Assembly (NCBI GenBank): GCA_040954595.2
Contig: CM082592.2
Span: forward strand, 6,993,677-7,057,676
Length of the DNA: 64,000 nucleotides
Source of the DNA: Balanoglossus misakiensis
Taxonomy: Eukaryota; Animalia; Hemichordata
Direction: 5' to 3'
Notes under the pieces: model-generated
The model's database searches: none
Told to the model about the DNA's origin: nothing
What the model saw: only the letters and a program-made list of their open reading frames with translations
Program-made: the position numbers and the translations under genes
In this document: positions 50,601-63,011 of the stretch, piece by piece
Layout of the letters: each line of letters opens with the position of its first letter
Position numbering within the stretch: position 1 is the first letter of the stretch

Positions 50601-53600
50601 GTTTTTAAAGCAGGGGAAACATGTTTATTATTGTTTTACTTTCAGCGCTTTTTTTTCGAGGAAAAAACTAAAGCGTCTAGAAGAATCTGGAACTCGCTCT
50701 GTGGTTGTGAGACTGCAGGGATAAGATTAATTTGAAACAGGTTGCTTCAGCTCTTTTACATCGATTTGAATTCACAGGATTTTATGTTTAAAGGTTCAGG
50801 ATTTCTGTGGTGACATTTTCAATGCAAAATTCCTCCAATCTCGTGTTACTTCTCCCCATTCAAGAACACGAAGGAAGCCAATGTTTTTTTTTTTCGCGAA
50901 GTATTAATTTGATGGAGTTTTTTATGGCGCATGCCTTCTGCGGTTATGGACCTTGTTTCCCATCAGCTTATTGGCCATTAAGGTGATTTCTTAGGGAATT
51001 CCTGACGTGGTTGCTTCTCGTTCACCCAATAACTCTGCTTCCGTCTCGTGTTTCGCTCACGGAGACAATGCGACGGATTACCATGTAAAGTGGAGCTATC
51101 GCTTTTCAAGGAAGAAAAAAAAAAGTGGCAACAGCGCGGCTCGGACTGCCGGCTCACGCGGGTCAAATGCATTTTGAAATGAAAACGGGCCACTGTGCTC
51201 TTCTCCCCAACACGGGGGCCCTTTACTGAAAACACTCTTGACCTTTGACCCCCTCAGCATCTTTGACCCAAGGTCGCGCAAGTTCTTTGTACTTGGCGAC
51301 TGCCCTTTCTCTCACCTGGCAACTGTGTTCGGTGACGTTTTACGCATCCCTTGTCTTCCGTGTCTCCGGCTGTCTCGAATTCCATGGAGAGAAACTGGTC
51401 GAATTTGCATTCCGGTGTCCCCTCCCGAATGCGAGAAACCTTGACAGTTGATCGTGATGTTGACATTGTGTGGTTCCAGCGCCCCGTACGATCCTTGAGA
51501 ACTTTCATCAATCATCTGACTCGTTAAATTCAGGATTGGTGGCAACTTCAGGGTGACTCGAGAGCTGGAGTGAGTGACTGTTGTTGTAAAAGGTGATCAA
51601 GCCCTGAAAAAGATCAATGGAAACGGTTTTGACTCTTGTAACGTGGCCATATATCACTCTCCAACTTTTCACGACACAGCGTTGGCAATATTCACAGTCT
51701 TGGCAGCCACCTGCTCAAAATAATTTGCTTCCGTGTTAGCTGTCCTAAAAGATGATCATTTGGCTATTTTTTCAGTGTATTTCTTCTGTGTATCAGCTGT
51801 TAAGTTTATTATTATTATTTTTTGGGAATCCCAAAAGAATGATGAAATTGTTCAGTGTTTACTTTATCAAGAGAGCTCATAGTATACTGTTAGCATTGTT
51901 ATTGTTGAAAATTGATTTTCAGTCCAGATGGGAATAATCTGGCAACAATAACAATCGTCATAATTTTACACAGATACAGGCTATGTCGACAAACAGAATA
52001 TATTATTTTAGCTTGAAGCAACATGAACAGTTATAGTGAACTGTTCCTGTAGTATACAGTCTGGCTTAGTTTGGCCTGGTACAGATCAATCCCCCAGATT
52101 GGCCTGGTCCAATCCAGTCCCCCAGTTACTTGCCCCAGTAAACACGACACGACCAACCCGAGGAATCCCATCAACAGAATGTTGCCTGTGATCAAACACG
52201 TAGTCATCCTGAGAGGGTCACATGACATTGGCACCTTCAGGTGAGCCCAGCTGTTCTGAAACACGCTAGCACCCAGCTATTGAGAGTGTGTACATGCAGT
52301 TTTGTGTGACAGGGCCCGTCAAGAATGTATTCAGCCCGTGGGCTACATTCGTGGGGGGAAAAAGGTTTCGAGTTCGTGGTAGGGGGTCCCTACGCATAGA
52401 AAAGCAGTTACTGAGAACATACTTGGGATTAGGGGAGTGAATGGAAATTTCTCCAACTTAAAGACCTGTACAAATAGCTCAGAAAGGAATTTAAATGTTG
52501 CCCATGGGACCTCGGCACCAGCGTGGCTGTGTGGAGCACGTAGGTCCTATACACAACAGTCATTGTGGAGTACAATTTGCGAGCGAATCGTTCAGGGGCG
52601 GAACTTGTATTTTTCCATGCTTGTTTCTCTGTTTTGCTTTTCGAACACCCCTGCTTTCATAAAAACTTGTCCGAACAGACTATGAAACTTCGAGAAAAAG
52701 GAGAATTAGGTTGGGCAAAATAATGCAAGGACCGTCGACGTTGAATGTCTTTAGTGGGATGGTGTGACAGCTAGCTTAGTACATTATTTGTTGAAATAGT
52801 AAATCCACAACTACATCATGTAATGTGAAGTGTCTTCTCTGTAAAGTTACTGGGCAGTCAGCGAGTGGGGTCTTCTGTCACACTACGCGGACCTGGTTCA
52901 TAGCTGTGAAGGCAGGCGGGTGGAGGGGTGTATTTACACAGTTTTATTTTGGCCCTGTGTGTATGAAACAGCGGTCGTAGCTGCAGTTACCAGGCTCGGC
53001 TGGAGCACTGCGGCTTATCTTGGGCAGATACAGCACACAGCTTAACAAATAGACTGTCAACAAGTTACTCAATGACAGAATAAGTATTCCATTGATGTCT
53101 AGCGGTCTCTACACGATTCGGAAAAACAAACTCGGGGGGCTGGCTTGGCTTGGGAGATCGCGGCGTTGCGGTCGGTGGTATCTTTCTGAGATGTGGAGGG
53201 GGCCGGGACAGCGATATGAGTGATTGACTCAGTTGGCAGTGACCTGTGCAAACCCACTTTGCCACATATTCAGACAAACATGCTTCGCAGATCCTTGCTT
53301 TTGACAGCTACACTTACGGTATATACAATGACGGTTCGAAGAATGGTGAAAGTGTTTAACCATTCCAAAGATGAGCTTGTTCGTTTCTCGTCGCGGATAT
53401 TGGCAAATATTAGTACTATCGAGGCTGCCAACGTCAAAAACACAGCTTCTTGCCTTCAAGTGACAATTCTATTTGACGAACATTGTTGCTTTTTCCTGTG
53501 CGGGTTTCCACACTGTGACATAAGTGTGTTTCGACCTTTCAGTCATGTTTGACAGCAAAAAAAAAGTCTGACAGTTCATTGACCCCAACTTAGAAGGCCT

Positions 53601-55117
53601 TGGCAGAGCCATACAGCAGGTGTCAATAGTCCATACTTTTTGCTATTTAAAAAAAAAAATGGACACAAGGAGAATACGTATCCGTCGTTGGAATGTTGGA
53701 TATGTAGGAGAAATGTCGAGCGTGATTTGGACAAATAGGTACACCCATTGTCCCATCATTAATCTGACAAGGTGTACTAGTAGTAAGAAAGTATTTAGCA
53801 TTATACCGGCTTGTTCAAATCTGCCTCACCACCTCAAACAAAAATTTAAATTACCGCTCATGTGGGAGAATAGCTCAAATCTCTTCCAGAATCGAATTAC
53901 CGATTCACAGAAGATTCAGGTTTTTTGCGCATCGAGAGAATCGAAAGCAGATCTGTCGCACAATCGTCCAATAGCGGAAACCCTCTCATGCATGCTTGCC
54001 TGGTTTTTGATGCACAAAAACCCGATTGGGCATCAGTAACCTATGAATACAGTCCCGAAAATTGGATGAACCAGAGAACACCAACACAGAAGCTTCTTAA
54101 AACAAATACGTCTGACAAGGGGAAAAAAGGACCTGTTTATCCAATTTCGGAGAGCGAGCCATAGATAAAGGTGTCATATGTTTTCGCAGTGTTCAACTTT
54201 GATGAAATCCCCTTTGTTTACGGGATAAAACTGTTGCAGGCAATTGTTAAGACCCCCTCGGGCAAGGCCTCGGCAGTTATTTTCTAAATAATTACTTTGG
54301 GCTAGTCATTGAGACTAATTGAGATTAGCGTGCATTTTTTCGCGGGGTATTACAAAGCGGTCTATTTCATGTCGGTCGCGAAAAAAAAATTGCTTATCAC
54401 CATTTATGATCTCCGAGGGGAAAAAAATCATGTTATGTCTGATTGGCTAAAGCTGTCATTTTTCTTCCGCCGATCTGATTTATTGGGAAGTTTTCTCAGA
54501 GAGGTTAAAACGGTTATCTGGTTGACCGGTCAAGCCTGATGCATTTGATTTGCATTGTTGTATTGTTACAAAAAAAATCACTAGATTCAATTAGCGGTCA
54601 AAGTGGATATTTAACACTCCGGTGCCTCGCCTCTATGACTGAGAGAGAGAGAGACTGACTCAACTTCTCCCAGCGTCACCTACCACCCTCCCCCCCCCCC
54701 CCCTTCACTCAGTTTCCAGGTTGTGTCTTTGAACATCCTGGGGCGAAATCGGAATTGCTGGCATACTTTCGGTGGATCATGTCTGGCCAGTTCCTGGCCT
54801 GCTCCAATTGTTTCTCGGAGCGGGGAGGTCACTGACCAATTTTTCTACGTCTTTCCTGGATTAGAAACGTTTCTTTCATCCTTCAAAACGTCCAATCGTC
54901 ACTGTTTTGTTGTTTGTGGAATAGAAAATAGTTTATGTGGGCATTGCATAAGCAAACTATCCACCGAACACAATGAAAAGTAACTTATTTTTTTTAATAA
55001 GTGGAGACTTTTTTCCTTGGGGAAGAATGTCTTTGCTCTGAGATACCTCCCCGGCACGATCAATGAAACAGTCTGCCTTCAGTTATTGTCTCAGTTCAGA
55101 TTATCTACGATTGCAGT

Positions 55118-55174
55118 AAATACTATACCTGGAGAGCCAGAACAGAGTCCATAGTAAAGTCTGGTATAGTATTT
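55118..55174. repeat. Short inverted repeat (12-bp arms), possible mini-MITE
   Basis: AAATACTATACC ... GGTATAGTATTT, with perfect arms around a 33-nt spacer. Confidence 0.55.
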
Positions 55175-58100
55175 GAACATCTCTGAATAATAGCCGACAG
55201 TATAGCGACACACAAGGCAATTAAACCGACACTGTGATGATGTAACCGCCACTTTTTTCTCGTCCAGTTACAACATGATATTTTTTTTTTCAAGTACTGT
55301 TTTCAGGGCTATTGACTGGTATCTTTGAGCGTTCTCTTAGAGACAATGAGTGGGTTCAATAGGTGATTTTTAATTACGGGCTCTCTTTTCTCCCCCCACA
55401 AGGAGATAGATCCCCAGTAAATGACCCCACACCCTGTTAGGTTTCTTTTGTCTTGCCACAGTCCGGCAATTAAGACTGGATCTTTTTATAACTTCCTTCC
55501 TCTCTCTCACTTGGACAGTAATCCTATTGCTTTACATAATGTGTGTGACTCATAATGATTGGCGAGAAAGAAAAAACAATCGGCGTGTGTGCCATGTGAC
55601 GTTTCTCAGGGCCACTCACCGATAGTTTTATCTTTCAGCCGAGCCTCTGAACAAAACCAAAAAATGTCATTGTAAATTGCCACACAATGCGCCACTTGAC
55701 TGTATTGGGTCCCAGTTTAATACAGCCAAGCTTGTAGAATCGGGCACGCATAGACAAGATGGGCGAGTTTATCTAACCTTTGACCTCTGCGGCTTCCCCC
55801 CCTCCTATCTCTCCAATGATTCAATTGTTTTCGTTGGTTGGCAAAAGCCCTTTCACGGGTACCGGTGCCCGACGAGAGGGTTTGTGATTTGGTTGGAAAT
55901 TGGCATCAGCACTCCAAATGCCTCTGCTCCTCACAAGTCGGGCAATAATGGCCGCTTTTATCTTTCCCGAAACCAAACAAATCATCCAAGTGGAGGAGTT
56001 GACATTTCATTACCGAATCCTGACAGCAATAGCGTGCGAGAAATATTTGATCTCAACTTGGCTTTGCTGGCGTACCGTCCCCTGGGCGTTGTCCGCCGAC
56101 GTTACGGTACAGAGACGAGCCACCGTCGCCGGGATGAATGGAGCGTGCCGCGATCGCTATGTGGCGTAGGGGTGCTGCCTGCGTTGCCATGTCGACGGCG
56201 GGATTATGGGCTTGTTATATATTGCCCAACCCGGCTCAACGTGTCAAACCCAACTATGTCCAGCCCTATGTGGCTGTGCCGAAAAGACAAGCCGCGGTTA
56301 TCAGAAGGAAGCCCTTCTGGTGACCAAATGTCTGCCGAATATTTCCATTTATCAAGAAACGTCTCGAACTATCCCAGTGTCTCGCCGCATTATTGCCCGC
56401 GAGTTTTAATGGTTCGGCTGGATTTCATAAATATGTGCTAGATTTTTGCGTTTGAGAGCAGCGTACTGTACCATTGTGGAGAGACGCGTACGTGCCAATG
56501 CAATTCGAAGGCGTTCACGGAGATGCCCGTGCAGAACCTTGAGCCCCACAATCTCTTTGATCTGTTAATTAAATGCGATGTTACCACTTTGCTCTGAGCC
56601 AAATAGAACACGGATGAAAGAGGGAATGTTTGTATGCATACATTTCGAACGAAAAGTGTCAGAATTTACCTTCAAACTTTACTCTCTGCTGTCTTGAACT
56701 CGTAGAGAAGCAATTCTGTAAATAAAAAGATAAAGAAAGAAATATATTTTCAATGCTCAGTGAAATTATATTTAAAGTGAATGATTTTTTCATACCATTG
56801 CAAAGAAATGCAAAATTGCTTAGTCACATTATAGTTAATACACACATGCATGTTCCAGATTTTGGTGTAAAGTCTGTCGGTTAGATCTAAGCTAGCTTCT
56901 ACAGCACTTAAAAATTTACAGTCCTTTTTTCGCGTCGTTTTGTGGCAACCTATCTTAAAGAGTGTATACGACATTACGAAGTGAAAATTGGTTTCGTTTC
57001 CGTCAAAGTTTTAAGAGTATATCTGACTGGCTGCAACCGTGGCACGGCAGCGCGGATGCTTGGAGATCAATGAGAACATTTTGTGGCAATAAAAAATTAT
57101 CTGCAGAGTGTTCAAACTGTGGGATAGCCTTCAAGGGCCTATTGCGGCCGTTTTTATAGTTCCAATGCAGAAGAAATTATCTTTGCACCTCGTAAACAGA
57201 TTTGAATATTGCTAATTTAGCCTACAAGTTATGATCCAGGGTTGTGAGTGTTATCGTCAGACTTTGCGTTTCGTGACAAGTCGGCCATAGTGCCAGTAGG
57301 TAAATATTGTACGTGATATGGTTAGCATGAGTCGAGTCGGTAACGCACCCCCAATAGCGGAGGATTTTACCTGTACTGGGTAGAATTTGTCCAGTAATCA
57401 CCGTACAAGAGATTTTGTGTGTGAATTGTATGTAAACCAACAGGTGGACACGTCCAAATCTTAATCCGGGCCCCGACCGACCGTGTCACTGTAATTGCAA
57501 TTTTCTGTTTTAATCTGTGTGTAAGTATACTATTAGGGGCAATACCCTATGTGATGTCACTATGAGAAACAGAACAAAGTTTGCTCAAATTGTTATCAGC
57601 GTAACACGATTAAATGGCATCCTTCCTTTCTGCCTTAGAGTACATGTATAGCAAACTGCCTTATGTGAGGGGTCTTGGATAATTAAATCATGCACATGAT
57701 GAAAGAAATTTCTTTTATACCAAAGAAGGGGTTAAGTTGTATTTCAATTATCGTGCTACAACTGAGATCTGGGTCAGAATATACAAATTGTGCAGATATC
57801 GCCACAGGGAAATGATCATTTCAGTGCAGGTATACATGTTCTGTAACAACTTTGAATCAGATGTTTGATAGAGGCAGCACAAAGTGTTACACAAGAGTAT
57901 TCAATACAGCTGAAACAATGTAGCATATGGTCATGGATTAACTGCCTTGGGTATGAAAGTCTTATGTTATACAGTTAGTGGCTTGGCATAGCTCTCACAG
58001 TGTACTGCATGTACGTAGTGGCAGGGGAGTTCTAGTCCCAAGGTCAAGGGTATTTGTGTCACTGATTTATGTCAAATAAATCGATGTTAACAATGCTGGT

Positions 58101-61100
58101 ACCCTTTTCAATGCTACGGTAGTATACTGAAATTAGTAGTCGTTCATGGTAGGCTGTGCCCAGTGAGGCCACCATCTTGTGTGTGTGTGTGTGACACTTA
58201 TTCCTCATCATTATATGCACCTACTTTGGGGAACCAGTACAGTACTATTTTGTGCTTGCTGAGGTTTGTTTCAATGCCCATTTTCAGCCCCCCCCCCTGA
58301 TACGTATAGTTCTCCCCACCCTATGTACCCACCCCAACACACTGGTTTATATGCAAGTGCTTGATAACTAGCACTACACCCCCCAAACCACTTCTACAGT
58401 TATAGTTACTAAAGCAGGCAACATGTGCGTACCCATCACACATACACTCGTAATTGGCACAGGGCCAGCAGAGTGCAACTACCCTCGCTGGTTCCTCCGG
58501 TGAGCAGTCAATTTGTATATACCAACGCAGCAAGCGGCCCACAACACGCTGGTTTTGTAACCAAAGCAATTACAACGTAGTAAAAACGCGTGTAATATCC
58601 GTTTGGGTTCCCAGGCTGAATATTATGCATCACATGAATTTTTTCTGCATTTGTAAGCTACTGGTCCAACTTTTGAGCATGGACCATTGCTCGGGTCAGC
58701 CGTTGAATTCACACCCATGTTTTGGGCACCACCAAGAATTGACAGAGGTTGCCGGGGCCACTCCGCTTTTCCCACCCGTCACTTTGGCACCGGTGTTGTC
58801 ATAGTCTATCGCAAGGGTGTTGATAAATTGGGTAGAAACAAAAGAGTGAGCAAATAACGGCGAAATACAAATAGAAGGAATTCGAGATTAATACCGATGT
58901 CTGTGCACGGTCATGTTCGGAATATAAAATTTGAGATATACTATATCTGAAATTAGCGTTCTGAGGAACTTTGCAGGTTATGGTTTACGCGTCTGACAGT
59001 CAGGCCTGTGTTTACCAGCGATCTCCGCATGTGTCTATTTTTTTCAGTTTCTCCCTGCCCGTTTTTATAAAGCCGCTGAATGGAAGGGTCAGCTTAGGGG
59101 GCTGGCTTGTTGACTTGCAGTGTGGCGCGGTGAATGGAGGTCTGGCGGAGGCAGCAACAACACAGTGGGGCCCTGTAACACAATCCCGCTACTGACAATA
59201 GTAGCCGCACATGCACACACAGGTGGCGAAAATATTTTAAGCGCCCGCCAAACAAAAGGCCGGGGCGGGTGAAGAAGTGTGTGTTACTGGAGCACACAGT
59301 TATGCGGCCAATAATTGGCGCGGCCATTGATGACGGCCCGAGTGGAAACCGAGTAATCCGTGAGATCGGGGAAAATAACAAGCCCCTTTCGGAATTAATA
59401 TTGGGTACCTCCGTTGCGCTGCAGTTGCAAAACTTGGGTCCGTTACTGACTTTTAGTGATCCGGCCGGCAAAAGATTTTCTTCTGTGATAAAAAATGTGG
59501 CACTTGTCTCCACTGGTATGGCAAATTTTGAAATAAAAAGAGGAATATTAATGTTGTAAAAAAGCATAGTTTATATTTGAACAAGAAATTTTGAAAATTG
59601 TAGTGTTATTGTTAATTAAAAATTGCAATCTAAAATATCGGTGAGATTCAAACAGATGTTTCTAAGCTGGAAAGTTTGAGGTAACAACCTGGTTTGGGTC
59701 TGCGGCGATCTAAATGCGGTTTGTTTGTCGAGGCTACTTCAAGATAAAAAACTCTGACTGGCCGATAGTTTTTCGTACGCCTTTGTGGACGTGTTCTCTT
59801 ATCAACAGCCTACACAATTGTTTCTCCTGCTATCTGGGTCTGACCAGTATGTTGACTGCAGTCTATATTTATCAGTGTCTTACTCTGATAAGGGAGAGAG
59901 AAAAATAGTTGTCTCGCTGAAAGATTTGTTAGCCAGAACTGTGAAATATATGCCCGGAGCCCTTTGAAGTGAGATCTGCTCTGTAATCCGAACTGAAGTA
60001 TACTGCGAAAGGAGTGTGGAAACTGGAGCCAGGGCGGCCCAATAATTTACCCGTTTTATCAATAGCTAATATTGTGTGCATTTTGACCCCGGGGCGACCC
60101 CTGTAAGCTTTAAATCCACTGCCTGACTCCATTTGTGTTGTCCATACAGTGGTTAAACCCCCCCCCCCCTCACTGTACGGTTCCAACGTGAAATACAGGT
60201 CAAATCACATGTACTGTACGGCCGCAAACAATCAAGGACCGACTTTCCAAGTGACCCGCCTGACGTACCTAAGTAGGGTGCTTGCTTGAAATTTGTCATC
60301 TGCATAATTTATGCTCCCGCCAGCTTAAATTGTCTGCCTTAATAGCCGGGCGTCCGATAAAAAAGGAAAACAGGTGTGGGTTGGTACATGTTACGTGTTG
60401 CAGTGACTGTTTCTGTTTGTTTACGACTGGGCCATATTTCAAACTATTGGTGTGAACACTGATCCCATATCTGTTGCAAGACGTTAAAATGTAGAATTGC
60501 GCGGAATGCAAATGTATCACTCTTGCATTTGTAGGTTGCAGATAATTTCTGACAAACAAGATGTCAACTTAACTGCTCCGGCCCACATTAATTTCCCTAC
60601 ATACCAATGCATCAACTCTACCTACATATTAAACAATGATTCTTCTTGAAACAGAAGAACGAAAAGGATGTTTTCTTCAGGAGGATGATTTTTCCCCATC
60701 ACTCATGATTTGTAGTCATTTGAATCATAATTTAGAGGAATTGTGTGCTTTATTGACAATTTTTAAAATTTCATATTTTGATCATTATACCATCTATACA
60801 CCGGTTTAGTATAAGTCCGGAACAATTTTTACCATGTCTCCTTTTGTCTGTTATAATTCTCTGCTTTGTTGGGAAAACTGTAAATCATAATTCAACGATA
60901 ACCATAAAATTATTGTCAAAAATTGTGCTTTCCCGAGGTTTTCCCTACGCCTATTTTAATTGACGAGCTTCCCCATAAATCACCAGCTATCATTTGAGGG
61001 ATGGTCCAGTAAGCATGCAGAGTATGTATGTACGAGCCTGGTTCATTTTGACAGTCATTAAGATCCTCTTGTGAACACGTTTTATTGATACGTTCACCAG

Positions 61101-62475
61101 ATGTTGCCTCGTCCGGCTCGGGCCCTCCGCAAGAAAATTTCGATTTTACTGCCAGACCACGCACCGGTGGTACACACTAGCTATTCATTAAAATGACAAG
61201 GCATATTCGATATTATTCAAAGTAGGGGATAATCATCGGGAGTGATTATGGACTTCGTGATTGGGCTATAAAATTACCGAGTACTAAAGTGGACCGATGA
61301 AATATCCGTTTCTGCAGCTGCTGGCCTGTATTTTTTCCAGAGGTTCGGATAATTTGATACATGTTTTCTGGTTGGTCTGTTTGCCCCTGTACAAGCTAAT
61401 AAATGTTTTCGACGGTGTCAGTTTCAGCCAATGGTTTGACCCGCCGCCCTGCCAATTCCGCGCATATTCATGATTAACCCCAGTCAACATTGGTAGTTCG
61501 TATTTACGTGCAGAACTAATTTGCACATTAAAGCAGGAACACCTGGGGTTTTTTTTATACCACAAAGAATGTTGCAGTTTTGATATTTCATTTTTACCTT
61601 ACTTTAGTTATAAATGTATATATATTTTATATTTCTCACCTAAATATAATCATCCAAAAGAATACGGAGTCCGAAGCTGTAACTTTCGGTAAATTTTCAG
61701 CATTGCGGCACAGCAGCCATATCTCAATTGATGTTTCCTCTACAATAAACTCGACAAGCTGAGTAGCCAATTTCTCCTCTTTCGCAGTCGGGAGAGTTTC
61801 AACCTAAACATTTGATCAGAGAGAATAGCTCCAGGGTTTTTAATGGCAAGCAAACATAGTCGGGAATCGAGCAGTAATAGGGGTATTCCCTATTGTACAT
61901 CCCCTACCAATTCTCCCAAGACTGTATTTAGAATGATGAGACTATGGGGATCAGTGTAGGAGTCGGTCATAAATATTTCATAGCCTCGCTTCAAGTCCAG
62001 ATAGAATATTTATTTCCGATAGAGAATTTTTTCCCCCAGTGGGCTTGTTCTCAGCGTAGGAGGGTGATCTCGCAATGGTGGAACTGTGAAAAAGCTGTAT
62101 TGACAAAGTTTTTTTTTCACAGGCACATTTTTGGTGCAGATGTTTAATTTTGGACGTTTCTTTAATGTTTTGTTGTCGAAATTGGATTTATTCCACCTGG
62201 GCTTTGCGCGACAATTCTTATGTTCAAGGTCACTGTTTTGTTTTCAGTGGCTGTATTTAATAATAACGTACGAATGGGAATGTGAAATTTTTTTTCAGCG
62301 CTGGAACCACACTGGAGGATGTCACAAATTGTGACAATATATCAAAACCATAAATCAGCCGTGGAACTGCAAAGAATTTGAAATCTGAAATTTTTGCTCG
62401 CTGGCGGCCGTCCAACCCGTGACCCCTTTCGTCTCTTTTTAGCTTTAATGAAGGGAAAAACAATACCCGAGCTCA

Positions 62476-62568
62476 TAACTCCCTTCACCCCTTTATGGTG
62501 GTCTAGCCCTGTAGCTTTCTATTTGTGAGGTCGGACCTTTGTACAGAGAAATAGGGGCATTAGGGTTA
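62476..62568. mobile_element. Decayed second copy of the ~94-bp TIR element
   Basis: TAACTCCCTTCACCCC...ATGG...GGACCT...GGGG...AGGGTTA is colinear with 47593-47686 and of similar length. Confidence 0.4.
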
Positions 62569-62885
62569 GGGTGTCGTGACTTTTGGTGCAGTAAAGTGCC
62601 GTCTATCTACAGTTGCTAACATCTGAGCAGATACAGACGCTCACATTTTGGATAAAATTGCAGGCAACTGAGATGTTGAATTTCAAGAAATGTATAGAGT
62701 AGTAACATTTGAATTCAGGACTAGTGAACTTTACAAATTGTCGGTTTTCAAATAAATTAATCATTTCAGCGTGACACTTTGGTAACATATTTTTAATGCA
62801 CAGCTTTGTGTTAATTATTATTAAACTTTCATTTGAATTTCATGTCACTGATTTTGCTGTATTTATTTTATTGCTCTCTCGACAG

Positions 62886-63011
62886 ATGCACCCACTTGGG
62901 TTATGTAACAACAGCGACAATGACGAATTGGTGGAGTATGGTTGGGTTGGCGTTGTCAAGCTGGAACAACCAATGACGGAGCCCAAGCCTTGTCTTTCTG
63001 TATTTGGCAAG
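62886..63011 (+). CDS. ZNRF3: ZNRF3/RNF43-family coding exon 2 (PA ectodomain, 126 nt); the remaining exons lie beyond the window
   Basis: Acceptor ctctctcgacag|. Encodes [42 protein letters not shown], very close to vertebrate ZNRF3 [42 protein letters not shown]. Donor AAG|GTAAGT. Phase 0 matches exon 1. Confidence 0.96.

Noticed and set aside
55677-56441. 254-aa ORF, the longest in the supplied track
   Set aside because: It starts at TTG, has no recognisable domain and has an Arg/Cys/Pro-rich composition. ZNRF3 exons 1 and 2 join without it. Best explained as a chance ORF in GC-rich sequence.
59269-59559. 96-aa ORF with protein-like composition, and an overlapping 157-aa antisense ORF
   Set aside because: No recognisable homology, a non-ATG start in the track, and no supporting exon structure.
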